DNA of 64,000 bases from Enoplolaimus lenunculus (taxonomy: Eukaryota): NCBI GenBank assembly GCA_030248215.1, contig JASANG010004046.1, forward strand, positions 434,001 through 498,000, written 5' to 3'. Made by a program: the position numbers and the translations under genes. The notes below the pieces were generated by a model. It had not been told where the DNA came from. It did not search any database and saw only the letters and a program-made list of their open reading frames with translations. How positions within the stretch are numbered: the first letter of the stretch is position 1; every line of letters begins with the position of its first letter. Of this stretch, positions 50,396 to 64,000 are shown piece by piece.

Positions 50396-53300
50396 AAATT
50401 TGTTTCCAGATGAACTAGAGCAGAAATAAAAAGACTCAAACTTTTCATACTGGACAAAAACGTTTAATTCACCGGATGGTTCCAATACCGGATATATCAG
50501 TAACGAAGGGCGGCGGATGGCAGGTTAAAAATAAATAAACGTCCGTAACCGAATAACAGAGGGTGCCCTCTGGAGAGGCAAAATAAATATCAGTTCCCCT
50601 CTTATTCCGTTCACTACAGTAAGGGGCCCGTATTCTCAAATGTGTGTAGAACCTGTCACCAGTTGGTGATAGGTGTATATGTTTCGAACCAGTGAATGGT
50701 GAGGCTCAAAATTCAGCACGTTTTTTGCATTTGATTTGCTCCACTTCTGTACCAGTCATGGGCGCCAACCCGCGGAAATTTTATTTTATACCCGTGGGTA
50801 TACCGCTGAAAATTCCTTTACCGTTTCCCGCCTTTATCCTTATCCGCCCTTATTTTTTCTTCTGCCTTCAACACAATTGTGTAATTTTACAGTGTACTGA
50901 TGTTCTTCGCTACTTAATATTGTTCATTCATCCGGTAAAAGCAGTTTAAAAATTCAAGTTTTCATACATTACCTTGTTTCAAATTTCTTATGAACATTTT
51001 AGGCGGCTAAAGAATCTCAAAATTTACCCGCGTTTTGAAATTGTTTACCCGCGGGTATACACGCGTCAGAACTTGCATCTCTGTCGTCGGTGTACTGTTT
51101 TGGAACAGGAGGGAAATTTCGGTGCAAACACCGGATCAGTCAAGCGTTGTCACAGTGTCGCAGTTGTCTATAACGTTTATTATAATTTCTTTCTCTATTG
51201 GACTCATGGAACAACCGCGTAACAATAATTCAACATCGCTATCGCGGGTTCTGTTAGACCAAACAACACATTTAGTGCCTTCGACGCAAATCTCATTTGA
51301 TATTACCAACGACAAGATATACCCGCGTCAAAATTTTCATAATTGTCCCGCATTACCCGCCGGTAGCGTGCAAGTCTGGTGTTTGTAGTATGGGAGTGAC
51401 AGCCGCCCATTCTTCCTAGGGTCCTATGAAGCTATGGAGAGCACAGGGTGGCGACCACCTCCATGACAACAACATTGCAAAATTTTACGTGGGTTGGAGT
51501 TTTTGTTTGTAACGGGGACGTAATAATGTGCCCCATTTGTGTACTTCAGGCAACATTCAAAGTATAGACTCCAGGGTTCGTATTATCATATGTGTGTAGA
51601 AGCAATCACTAGATATGGTGATAGGTCCAGTACCTTTCGAACCAGTGAACCCTAAAGCTCAAAAATCAGCATGTTTTTGCACATGACTTGCTCTATACTT
51701 GTACTAATTCTGAGTTCTAACAACTGCAATTGTTGGTGATTTTGAAAACCTATTTCGAACTGATGATAGTTGTGCTATATACATTTGAGAATATGGGCCT
51801 AGAACAAGACAGTTAATGCATAAATGTTTAATCTCAGAATTGTTCATTGCTTTACGCTTATACCTAAACGATCGTTTCGTATCTTAGGAATTGTTTTGGA
51901 AGAAAAAGTTAAAACAAGCGTTAAGAAACAATAACTGACGTTCGGAATGCTGGCAAACTCGAATTTAAATTCGGATATCCGATGTAAGAAATTTATTTAC
52001 AGATATTCGGATGTGTGAAATTAATAACTGGAGTGTATTTTTTCAGGAAAAATTAAATGGGGTGATCACGCATCGGCCAAAAACCTAGCTTAAAATGTAA
52101 TAGGTCTAATGTGCAATATTAAACGGTGTTACATTTTTACTTTAATGCTTGGTTTTGAAGGATAGTAGACAAGAGATTTCAAAAGTAAATCGAGCGAGTA
52201 ACATCAATGCAATGATAATTACACAATAGCATTGAAAGCAGAATAAAAGTAAAGGCGGGTAAAGGCGGGTACCGGTAAAAGAATTTTGCGCGGATAAAGA
52301 CGTTGTACAGATGTTACCGCACCCAGCGCCTCTAAATCTTGGCAGAATCCATTATGTCGATAGCTGGAATCACATTCTTGAGGGAATGTGTGAGCTTTTG
52401 GGCTGCACAAGAGTTTTGGGATTATATCCGGGCGGAAGGACTCCGTACAGGATTGTGTCGGCAGACACAGCTTTGATTCAGGAGGTTCTTAGCTAAAAAT
52501 CGCAGCCGATGAAGTTTCAGTACTCTGGAGGGCCGCTACGTATGCGTGTGCACAGGTCTGGGAACTGATGAAACCTGGATAAAGGCACGGACCCGGCTGA
52601 TTTGCTCTTTGCGGGCTGTGAATGCCCTCACAACTCAACCAAACATTTGCCTTAGATCTGTTCTAAAGAAGCTAAATATCTAGCTATTTCGGGTTGTCCT
52701 TGGATTCTTTCCATAATTTAGCCCTGAAACGTTGGTTTGGAAGGTATTGCCGTAATATATGTTTGCGTGTACACATATGTTTATGTATATTTTATTTTCA
52801 TTCATTTTACGCCGTGTCGTTGGATCGTGTTGGCGGTGTCGTATATTTGTCTCAGTTTTTATGTAAACACTTTAATGTTTACTAGAATGTAACCGAACCA
52901 GCTGGTCCGGTTATGCAAATTAGCACCTTGAAAATGATGACTGTTTTAAAAGGATGAATATGTAATGTGAGATGCTTTAAAAGTTGAGAAGGTGTTCCTG
53001 TGTTTCGGATATCGTATTATTGGTTTTGTTTATCAGTTTTCTAACTGGAATATTGTTATGCCATATAGGATGTCGCAAGTTAGTAACTGCTCGCGGCAGC
53101 GGGCAGTTGGATCTTTTACTAATTTGAATGTGTTTAACGGGACAGCGACTAAATCTCAAGGCGAGATGAGGTTGATACGAGATCAGCTGAATTTGCAGCC
53201 ACCTGCACAGCCGGGTAATTTGATTCCTGAAATCCTGATAAGCCTCATTTGGATTTTTGTTCTCAAATTCATAATAGCTTTGTACCGATATATCAATGCC

Positions 53301-55720
53301 TCTCTAAAAATTCTGCAGCTGCAGTTCCCTGATTTATTTGTTTAGAAAACTCTGTTTGTAACAGCGAAATAATTTTTACTTGTATCAAGTAAAAAGTATT
53401 AATGTCCATTTGATATAGGCTAACATATGTTAACACTGTATTGTTGTTAGGTTTGTCTGGGATTTTTATACTAATAAAATGTTAATCTCATAAAGTGTCA
53501 TAGTTGTAAATGTGTGAAACCCATGTCTTGCAGATCCCTAAGCTTAGGCGATCCACCTGCATGGTGGAGTCTAAGCTTTGACACCCACATCATTCTACTC
53601 ACACACTAGGTCATATAAATCTATCCTGGACTAGTCCACGCCTCATACCGTCTTTGTCTTAGTCCTAGCGTTCTTTCTTACATGTCTCGCACGGGTCGAC
53701 TCGCCTTCTCTCGCTTCCAGTGCGTAATCTAGTCACCCGCGGGCGCGAAGTTTAGGTTGTATGGTTTACCTAGGTTGTATAATGTGTACGTACTCGCGCC
53801 GGGATAAGTTGGCAACAATTAGTTAATAATGAGTTATGTTTTAACCAGCTGCGTGGAGTTTCGGCCATGGTAATTAGTGCACGGTTTTTCGCGTTGTGAT
53901 AGGATCTTGGCCGATTGTAGCGATTTAGAATTTTTTGTGCGATTGAGTTATTTTATCCTGAATGCCGAACTTGCGTACGCGAAGGTGTTGGTTAAAAGTT
54001 TATGCGCAACGGGATTGTTTTATCTAGGAAATGAATTTTGAATATGCGCATAGGTTGTTTTTCGAAACCGATCGCAATTGCCATTGTTCGCGTTTGCTAA
54101 TTTTTATCCGTGGTCACCTAGCAAGGTGACATGTGCACAGCCAGTCAAATCCGGAGGCATGATTTCACGGTTTGTTGACATCAGGCTATGTGTACAGCCT
54201 CGGGAGTTAGCGGCTTGCGACAGCGCTTAGGCTTGGGGGTTGTTGACTGGATTCTGTCGCTTCAGCTAACTACTCTTGACTTAGGCGAGGCTGCTATTTT
54301 CTGAGTGTACATATGGTTTGTTGTGGCGTAGGCCGTGAAAGATTGCATATATGAAGGATTCTCGCAAATCCCCGTGTCGGTGACTTTTGGACGGACCTAC
54401 CCCAGTCACGGGCCATTCTAATGGGCACTGACCTGACAATTTTTCACCACCATAAGTCAAAAGTTGCCGAGGGTAGGCGGCGCCAAAACTTTTACACTTA
54501 TAGACGTGTCGCTCTGTTCGCTTGCTAGTAATCTTTCAGCTAGTGCTTACGTTTTCAACTATTTGACCATGCTTAAGTCGTATGCTCAAAAGCTTAGCAT
54601 AGTTTTGCTTGTAGCACTTGATAATTCACCGAACATTGTTTAAACTTGGTTTATTTATCTTTTGAAAGAGGAGATGTGACACTCTGTCTCTGTAGTGATG
54701 TTTTTGGTTCTAAAACTGGGAAAATCGGCTCGTAGCCGGTCATGGCCGTAGCAAGGCTTTTGAATTGGGACGGAACAAAAACAAACTTTCGAAACCATTG
54801 AAAAGGCTATGGCTTAGTTGGCCCCTCTGGCTACGCCGTTAAAACCAACTAAACAAATTGTTTGGCCAACGAATTTTTAGTGGAAGCACACGAAGTTATC
54901 GAATGATTCGCTGTTTGAAACTTTTCACAAGGGCGTATACAGTGATATAACGGTGGCAATATGTTCCTCCAGGGGCGCAGCTTAAGGTGCAGCGTGAGGC
55001 GGCCCCTCCAAACAATTTCAAACCCAAAACTTTGTATTAGGGTTTCGCTCAAAAATGACGTCTGATTGCTAACTCACTTCGCTTGCAAGGTTTTTGCCCC
55101 CCCTTCTCGATTTTAGGTTGGCCGCTGCGCCGCTTTATCACTCTTTTTCTTAAAATGTCTGGAATAGCAAGAAACATTGCACTTTTTAGAATAACCCACG
55201 GGCCAAGGTTCGTAGGCCTACGCAGACTGACAACCTGTGCAGATGCTGTTTCTGATGCAATTTATATAACACGTGTCGTGGAATTAGACACAAATAAAGC
55301 AAGGCAGCAATGGCGTCCCATTGGTTTAAAAATATTTCTGTAAAAACATATGCTCATTGCAACCATAGGCGAAAAATACCGGAGCCGGAGGTGAAGGAAA
55401 CTTGCCCGAGCAGGAGCCGGAGATGAAGCCGGAGGTGAGGCGAAATTAAGTAGTAAAAGTTATGGTTAATTAGTTAATTTTAGCCAATATCTGCAATATG
55501 TTATTAATATGTTGTTCGGTTTTACATACGCGTTCAACATATAAATTTTGCAAAATTATGTAAAATTTTACTACCGAAATTGCCAGAACCTCCGGCAAAA
55601 ATTCTACCGGAGTCGGAGCTGGAGCCGGAGGCCGATTTCCTAAAGGAGCCGGAGGCAGGCCTCCGGTTGTATCCTGATATACACATATATGTATGTATAT
55701 ATTAGTTAGATGCAATTAAT

Positions 55721-55991
55721 TTAACCCCTTCTCACATTGAGTTGCATATAGGCAACTCAGCGCAGTGTATATACGTTAAATAATGTATATCGCACCGTAT
55801 TTAACAATTGCAACACATATACATAGTACTAAACCACCACAAAGTGTGAGAGCCCCCTCGGGCTCGAGCGTCAAGCTTCTATAGCTCAGTGGTGATGGTA
55901 TACGCCTCCCACTCCAGTCACTGGAGTTCGAATCCTAGCATAAAAGTATGTCTCAGGAAAAATAAAAAATATTCATGTGAGAAAGGGTTAA
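55721..55991 (+). mobile_element. piggyBac-like MITE (~265 bp) with internal tRNA-like A/B boxes, copy 1
   Basis: TTAA-CCCCTTCTCACAT ... ATGTGAGAAAGGG-TTAA, i.e. TIRs with a TTAA target duplication. Confidence 0.85.
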
Positions 55992-56017
55992 GCGAAAAAA
56001 TTTTCAGTTAACTATCT

Positions 56018-56287
56018 ATAACCCCTTCTCATATTGAGTTGCCTATAGGCAACTCAGCGCAGTGTATATACGTTAAATAATGTATATCGCACCGTGTTTA
56101 ACAATTGCAACACATATACATAGTACTAAATCACCACAAACCGTGAGAGCCCCTCGGGCTCGAGCGTCAAGCTCCTATAGCACAGTGGTGGCGGTATACG
56201 CCTCCCACTGCAGTCACTGGAGTTCGAATCCTAGCATAAAAGTAGGTCTCAGGGGAAATAGAATATATTCATGTGAGAAAGGGTTAA
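56018..56287 (+). mobile_element. piggyBac-like MITE, copy 2 (tandem with copy 1)
   Basis: Near-identical to 55721-55991; flanks are ATAA and TTAA. Confidence 0.85.
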
Positions 56288-59200
56288 ACACTATACATAT
56301 AGATAATACACAATTGGCCTGTCTATTACGACAACGCTTGTAGCCAAATCAACATCTTTCAAGTGGGTAAAAACTCCTCAAGAGGGGCATACAAGGGATT
56401 TCACATAAATATCAAAATGGCCCAAAGGTTCTCTAAGAGACCCAAAATTTTGCTTGTGATTCCCCTGGTCTGCTTCTAAATACAGGCAAGCCCACCCCTT
56501 CGGAACAAAATCTTGGCATCATTATAAAGATGTTTAATGCTGAATAGGCTTATATGCTGCATTTTATGGTTAGCTTCCGCATTCAAGCTAGACGTTGCCC
56601 GTGCGCATAATGAGCTTTAGTTTCATGTTATACGAGTGTTTATATGCCGACTGCTTCGCGTTTCTGGTTTCTGGTTAAATATAATCGTATGGACGTAGCG
56701 AGATGAGGATGCGGTGAGAAAGCGTCCTAAACCTCAATCCGTATGGAAGTAAATATCAAACATTGCATTATTGAACCATTACTAATGATTTTCCAACTCT
56801 ATTTTAAAAACCAATATTTTAGTCATTTTTCAGTGCCGGCCCCCCGAACCGATTTATGTATTTCTCGGTACGCGTCTGATTGTGGGCCGTTTGTGTTGGT
56901 TATAATGCCGCGTAGGTTTCATGTTTCCTTGCAATGCTTTTGAAACATTCCATATATTTTAACAATGTACCTCTATTTAAATCTGAAAACTTAACCTGAT
57001 ACTGTATCTGGAGCGTCCACACAGCTTGAAATTGCAGACGGTTGAATAACCAACGTTTCCTTCAAAACACTGCCGTTTGAAGTCAAAATGCTGGATGCAA
57101 TTCGTATTTTGCTTGTTAGAAGTTGTAAATTTTTACGTTTTAAGGTTACTCTGGAGCCCGCTTAAATATTTTTACAATCACTTGGGTTTCCATCAAACAC
57201 CGTATCGGATTGTCGCCTTTGTTGTGTATACAAACTGAACAACCAGATAATCGAAAAAATTTAGTGGCTGTTGAAATCTATTGGACAAAATTGTTGTTAA
57301 AATATAATGATCTGTGGGAATTCTGGCAAAACATAATTCGCGATAGCAGCAGTGCCGAATTCAAAAGGGGGTAGCTGTGACATCTCGAATACACCAACAT
57401 TTTTTAAACGTAACCATTTTTTGTGATAAAATACTAAGGCCCCCCTACCATACAATTTTTTCTCAGAAAATTTTTTAGGAAAAATACAATTTTTACCAGC
57501 AGAAATTTTTTGGGATAAACTTAAAAATTTTTTCTCTTAAAATGTTTTTTGGTGATAAAATGATGAGGTCCGTACCTCACAGGTTTTGCGTTTCTTAATA
57601 TTAGCTTGCCCGCCGCCCTCTGCCCGTCAGAAAGTTTTGGATCCGCCTTTGACTGTATCATAAAATTTGCTTCATTCCAAGAGGTTTAAATAGTGAAAAA
57701 CTAAATTTCATCACAAACGGTGACACGTTGTCGCATTTTGCATTTTACCTTACTGCCATATGATGCGGTCAAGCACAAAACACCGAAGTGCAAATTCCAT
57801 TTACTTTGGTCGCGTATTTGGTGATGCTCAAAGTGCGTAAGAATATATAAATGCAGGCATAGACTTTAAATGAATTTATCACCACAAATTGTTTCTCCTA
57901 AATAAGGGGTATATTATTTTGTACGCAGAATGTACCCAGTTGCAGACTCTTGTAAAAAGCGTCATTATCGACTCTTGATTGCATAGACAATCAGCAGCGT
58001 ATTAAAACGGGAGTGAAAATTTAAACACTATATTGGCGTTTAATACTAAAATTGCGCGTCCTTCTCGCTAGCTTCGCTGGCGAAGTTTTAAGCTTACCCC
58101 CGTTCAGTTTTTGGCCAGGTGCTTTACCACTGCGGTCGTCTTGCTTACAACATGAATGCCCGGAATGGCCTCCGCGGAAGTGAACCGGTGCATATCAGTA
58201 TCCAAAGGCCTATCATTTCCCTACCAGTAAGGCCCTGAACACAACGATATATCAGGTAATTAACGTATATACTGAATAGAATAGCGTACCGAGGAATAGA
58301 CTGATGAGAATTTCACCGTCAAAACGACAAAAACATTACTTCTTAACATAGAATTGACAAACTGTTAATGATAGTTCGGTAAGCTCCTGTATTTACCTTA
58401 CAGTAATTAGCACGAATAGGAAGTTTGCTTGGCGATTAATCATAAATCTGCAATCGTTATACAGCCCCGTAACCAACTCACCTTGTCCGGACAGAGGGGG
58501 TTTGAAATTTAGTACTGCTGTCGGATTCATTTTCTTTCAGTGTGTCAATTTTGAGTTCTGCAACTGTAATCGTTGGTTGGTCTGAGAACTTTATTGACAA
58601 GACACCACCTGGTGATAGATGCTATGGCCCATGTTCATTATAGGGCCTGCCCGTTGGAAGTGACGGAGAATGAGAGACTTAAGAGATTAGGAGGCTTTAG
58701 GCTTAGAATTACTATTGATTACTATTATGTTTAGGCATACGCTTGGCCTTTGGTTTAGGATTATGCAGGTACCTATAATTAACACGGCCCGGTGCGACCA
58801 CAATTGACAATGCGGGAGGTAGTATCACCCTCGAATTGGAAAATACAATGAATCTGTTCTTAATTATCCCTTTGCGTGTGCAGTTATTGGCAGATGGATT
58901 AGATTTTTGTACACTATTTAAACATAAGCTCTAAAATTGCCTCAAAGGTTCAAACCTAGAACAATTTTCATTTCGGAAGTTTCTATTGTGGTATAAATGT
59001 TTCAAAAGGTACTTGTTTACTTCCCCCTATAACAAGTCCCCGTTCCACATGATGGCTGGATAAATAAAATATGCTGACGCTTTAATAGGCTGAGGCATCG
59101 GCTGAGGCTTAGGCTTAGGCTTAAGTTTAGCCTAATCGTCCGCGTAAGCGTCTTCGCGTATGTCCTGCGCTCCTTCCAAGCTTAAGCTCAGGATAATAAT

Positions 59201-61879
59201 AAATAGTACAGTGGGGGTCGGGGGCTTTCACCTTCTGTCAAATTTAAACACTTACTAGTGTGATGTAACCTACACTAATACAGAGCGAGTATTACATCTG
59301 TATATGTTCTCGCCATTGGATGATCCACTATTTCGTTACTTATAGTTGATAAATTAAAAATGTTCAGCAAATCTCGTAGTCTAAGCATAATTTCAGTTTT
59401 TTACGTTATATCGTCGCCTAATGAAACTGAATTTTTGTAGTTCTCACTAATAAATTTTTAGTTCCATATATCTCCACGATTTCAACGCGAAAAACAGAAA
59501 AGTTTTGGCTAATAAATCAAAGCAATTATCTTTGTTTGAGCTGGTAAATCTATATATTAAAGCTGGAAGGCCCCATATACGTATTTTGGGCAAATTTCCA
59601 GCATTACTTTGTTTAACAATAATTTCTTTGGAAATATATACCCGTCATTGTTCCATGAAAAAATGGACTGGAATTTTTTGTTCGAAGGAAAAGTCGCAAG
59701 CGATGCGAACGACAAGCTACACTCAATTTCAGTATGTAATAATCAATCATAATGCAAATTTTTAATTTTGCGTGGTTGCGGCGGGAGATACGATCCCTAT
59801 GTACATTCGCCCTTGTGCATACCAACCGATTTTTCTAAAACAGAAAGTGACTTTGGATTAAAATTTGAGATGTTTAGGCATCGCAAGATTGCAATACAGT
59901 AAGCTTAATCTTTAGACTTTTGTTAACTTAACTCTGAATTGAAATATTGTTTCAAAAACCGATCTCAGCCGAGTAGGTTTGGTTGATTTTCCACTGCAGC
60001 TATTCTTGAAGTTTTGTCATGAATTACCTTATTTTATCCGACGCTAAACTGTTTTGAGGCCAATAGCCAGTGGCGGAATCAGAATTTTTAAACGGGGTCG
60101 CCGCCAGAAAATGAAACGGGAAAAAAGTTTCGAGTCAAACAAACGAGAAGCCTAACGTCATTTTAGTGCTATACCTAATACTAAATCTTGGTTTTGATCA
60201 CTATTAGGGTACGTAGGCCCAGATGGCCCTCCCTTGAATACGTCAGTTGCCGAAAACGGCTGATCTTGCTATGAGGCAGGTTGCAAAAGTTATAGTAGGG
60301 GTATGCAAAAGTTTTAGACGACTTACAACCGCCATTCAAAACTTTCTAAGGCAGATTTCAAATTTTTCCAAAGGGTTAACTTATCTGGTTCCCTTCTAGC
60401 TACGGGTCTTATGATCCTCATAGGGGGTTCAAAATATTTCGACGGGAGTTGACCTGAGGTCCCTCGATGGTCCTTGGCTACAGACGCGACGAATTCGCTT
60501 GGAAACCACCAGCCAAATTAAAGGATTATGACACAGGCAAGAATATAGCTTTCTTGCCTAATTGAATATAAATATGGCAAATCGCAAATGTATCGTATTG
60601 GCCTTGAGGTATGATGATGTGTTATACCGTGCACGGCATTTATGCTTCATTTTACATCCGAGGTGCTCTAATGCAGGTATACAATAGTTTTTGTTAAAGG
60701 CAAAAAGTGGCTGAGATCAAAATGTTTTCTAACCAGTTTCGTAGCCAGGGATTGACCCAGTGGGAAGTAGGGGCTCTGCCCCTCGTGAAAACCTTACATC
60801 ACCCCATCCTCCAAGAAAAAAGCTAGACTCGCGTGTAGGCCATGTAGGCCATGTGAAATCCCTACATAGACTGCTTTAAATTCGGTTGCCCCCAAAGATG
60901 TTGAGTTTAGCCACGGAAATGTATTTAACAATTCAAGTCTGCAGGTGCCTGGTGTAACCTGGTACAAAAGGTGTATTTGTATGCAGTTTTACTACGCTCA
61001 ATTGAACTCATGACGACACATCTAGTAACTAGTCAGCAAGCAATGCCGGAGTCGGCGAGGGTGGCCCCCAAAATATCTGGATGGGGTCCCGTTGCGATGG
61101 TCGAAATATTTTTCAGTTTTTTTTGCTTAAAATTTTGTTAGGATGGGGACCCTTCTTTGGCGTGTCCTGCAGATGGGAGTATGGGGGATGCTGCTCCGGC
61201 CCTACAGCCAAGGGTTTGGCCACGATTAGATTTTGGAAAATGTATAACTCCAAAAAAGTTCAGGGCAGTTCTGTAGCTATTCCAACTTGCTAGGGGGTTA
61301 ATATTTTTCAGGAGGGGCGAACAAGGGTTTTCGATGACTTGTAAGCTAGGCTGAAAATTTCTAGGATGGTCTAAATTGTATCATGGGGCGGCCCAGTCCG
61401 GGAGCGGGTCCGAAAACAAATTAAAGCATATTCACAGGACAGTGGTGTTCACGATTCTGAATACGTGAATGTTTATTTATGATAACATGAGGTGCTTGAT
61501 GGCAAGTAGAAGCACAAAGCGTTCGAATCGAAGCATTTTTCGATTCATTATTTGACAAAATATGTTGGATTATACAAACAGGGATGACGGTTACTCAATG
61601 AACCCCTCCCCAGGATCCGCGTTCGAATTTCCTTATACAGCCAGCTTTGCGTTTCTCTCGAAATTTTAGGAGACTAGAAATTATTCATGTGAAAAACGGT
61701 TACTTTAATATTTCTATCGGTTGCAGTTTGTTCGTTAATAATTTAAAAATTTTTGCTGCGTTTTAAATCTTGCATACATTTGCTTTCTGTAAAAGACATT
61801 TTTTAGATTAGCCTGTTGGTAATTTCTCGAAATAATTTTAAACCCTGTAATAAAATTTGGTATCTGAATACTTTCGATA

Positions 61880-62001
61880 CAATAACAAAATCATCGTCAT
61901 CATCAACAACAGCAAAAATAACATCATCAACAACATCATCATCATCATACAACATCATCATCAACACCACCACCACTACCACCACCACCAACAACAACAA
62001 C
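61880..62001. repeat. (ATC/ACC/AAC)n tract immediately upstream of the DOR/TP53INP ATG
   Basis: Seen directly; lies between a putative acceptor (ttttag, 61801-61806) and ATG 62002. Confidence 0.85.
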
Positions 62002-63865
62002 ATGCTTAACATGATAACGTGCTATTTACTCGGGGTTGAGAACAAACCAACACAAGGCAACGGTACTGAGCAATCCGGGTCAAAACCTAACCATAAACAA
62101 TTTGCGTCGAGCGGTTCTGAGGCAGTGAACCAAGAAATAAAAAGCACCAGGTGTCAAGATGATATTTTGGCAAAAAGTTACGTCCGGTTGGATAAAGAAA
62201 ATTTGCAGAGCGATGCTTGTGCAAGGAATAGCCGTAGTACAGAGAACAAACTCGAAAGCGGTGGCCCAAGCGCTGATTGGATATTTGTTGACGTTAAAGG
62301 TATATATTTGTCTCGTGCCCTTTCCTACGCACACAGTTTTATAAATTTGCGACTTTGGCAAAGTTTCAGCGTTGAAGTTTAGGTTTCGTCTAGCTTAAAG
62401 TTTAGGCCAAGTCTTACGCTTGCACATGTGCGGGAAATTGTACGAGTGTTCATTTTTGAGCTGCAGGAAAATATTGGAAATCTTTAAAAGGCCGAGACAT
62501 GACGGTCGATCTGAAGTTGGATCGACCTGGTTCTGGGTTTACGCAGCCATATGTTAATTGATAAAAAGGTATCGGCCTAAAGGTGTGTTTCCTGGTAAAT
62601 ACACTTCGTAAACATTTTACAGTGCACCCAGTGAGAAAATTAACCCCTTCTCACATTGAGTTACATGCAGGCAACTTAGCGCAGCGTATATACGTTAAAT
62701 AGTATATATCGCACCGTGTTTAACAATTGCAACACGTATACATAGTACTAAATTACCACGAGACGTGCGAGCCCCCTCGGGCTCGAGCGTCAAGCTCCTA
62801 TAGCTGAGTGGTGATTGTATACGCCTCCCACTCCAGTGACTGGGGTTCGAATCCTAGCAATAAAAGTAGGTCTCATTGGGAAATAGAAAATATTCATGTG
62901 AGAAAGGGTTAAGAACGATGAATGAACTTTACAAGTATTCAAAACTTCTCAGGTCGCAAGGCATTGACACCGTGTTTTCTATTGTGGAACGAGCAGTAAA
63001 CCGTGGACTTTAATTTTTACTATGTGTTCTTGCTTTTTGCAAACTGTATCTCCTAACATAAAAGTTGATTTTTGTAATCAATGGTTCTGTGAGAATAAGA
63101 ATTGCACAAAAACACGGCTGTTTGTCAACGTGTACTGTTCGATATGCTTTAGACATCGCATACGGCCGAGCTACTAGCCCAACTTCAATGACCGTATCAG
63201 ACAAACTGTTTTCACCTGGTCAAAACAGCGATGGAGCACCCGTCGAAGGCTGGAGTGTGCTCCCTCCGGCTTGTTTCAATTCACAGGGGGTCGACATGGA
63301 TGATGTGTCATCACTGCCGCGAGTATTTTCAGGGGTGTTGGAAACGAGCAATTTTGAAAATCTTCTAATCGAACATCCAAGTCGTTCGGTTTACGCTTAT
63401 GCACCCACCAGCGCGACAACGCCATCGTTGGCAATACCGCATCGTTATAGTCACAACAGTGCCTCAAACAACAGTCACAACAACCACAATAATAATAATA
63501 ATAATAATAACAACAATAACAATAATAAAAACAACAAAAACAACAATCAAAATAAACAAAACAATGGGAAATATCGTAACGGTCGTCCACCTCCGCTGCG
63601 ATTTACAACAAATGCAATGCAGCGAACCGTGGATGGACGAGATAGTTCAGAAAAAGATGCAACACCATTTGTGGAAAGACGCCGCGAATTGACAGACTGG
63701 CATCAGCGGGAACCAATCAGAAATCGGCAAAAGCTGATCAACAATAATTTTGTAGATAAACGAAATCGGTGTCCACAAACCAGGGTATATCCGGATATTT
63801 ATCTCCAGAATATTTTACATTGCCAGATGTTTATTGCTAAAAAGTATAACTCAACTATATTTTAA
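62002..63865 (+). CDS. TP53INP1/2 / DOR-family autophagy and transcription regulator
   Basis: Exon 62002-62299 (MLNMITCYLLG..., LIR-like ADWIFVDV, g|gtatat) splices in phase 1 to an exon starting at 63153 (ctttag|ac). That exon carries the DOR-domain motifs EGWSVLPPACF and LETSNFENLLIEHPSRSVY. The 3' end is either the stop at 63865 or a donor after 63784 leading to an exon beyond the window. Confidence 0.88.
62640..62912 (+). mobile_element. piggyBac-like MITE, copy 3, in the DOR/TP53INP intron
   Basis: TTAA-CCCCTTCTCACAT...ATGTGAGAAAGGG-TTAA. Confidence 0.85.
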
Positions 63866-64000
63866 ACTATTATTAATGAGCCAAATCAAAATAGCAAAAT
63901 TGGAACAATTTGTGGTAAATTATACTGAATTAGCGTGATTAAGCTTCTCTTTTTGTCTAATAAGCAGTTAAATATCTGGATCCGGTTATTGGATTTTTTG

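Overview
AT-rich, intron-containing metazoan DNA. TTAGGC telomere-like tracts and several TTTCAG acceptors suggest a nematode, but this is inference. Three plus-strand spliced genes can be assembled by hand with consistent GT-AG phases. (1) An Ack-like (PR2/ARK-1 type) SH3-CRIB gene, 10 exons at 11255-23469, ~1,450-1,490 aa, with no recognisable kinase exons in the window. (2) A Cdc34/UBE2R-type E2 ubiquitin-conjugating enzyme, 5 exons at 36109-40860, 403 aa, with a greatly expanded Gly/Ser tail. (3) A TP53INP/DOR-family autophagy regulator from 62002 to about 63865, possibly continuing past the window. The rest is dense with short non-autonomous DNA transposons: hAT-like MITEs with 8-bp TSDs, a piggyBac-like MITE carrying a tRNA-Gly-like Pol III cassette, a Merlin-like MITE carrying TTAGGC repeats, a Tc1-like MITE and DINE/foldback-like elements. 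It also holds minisatellites, a GTT microsatellite and a degenerate tRNA-Ala. Family assignments come from motif recognition from memory; no searches were run.
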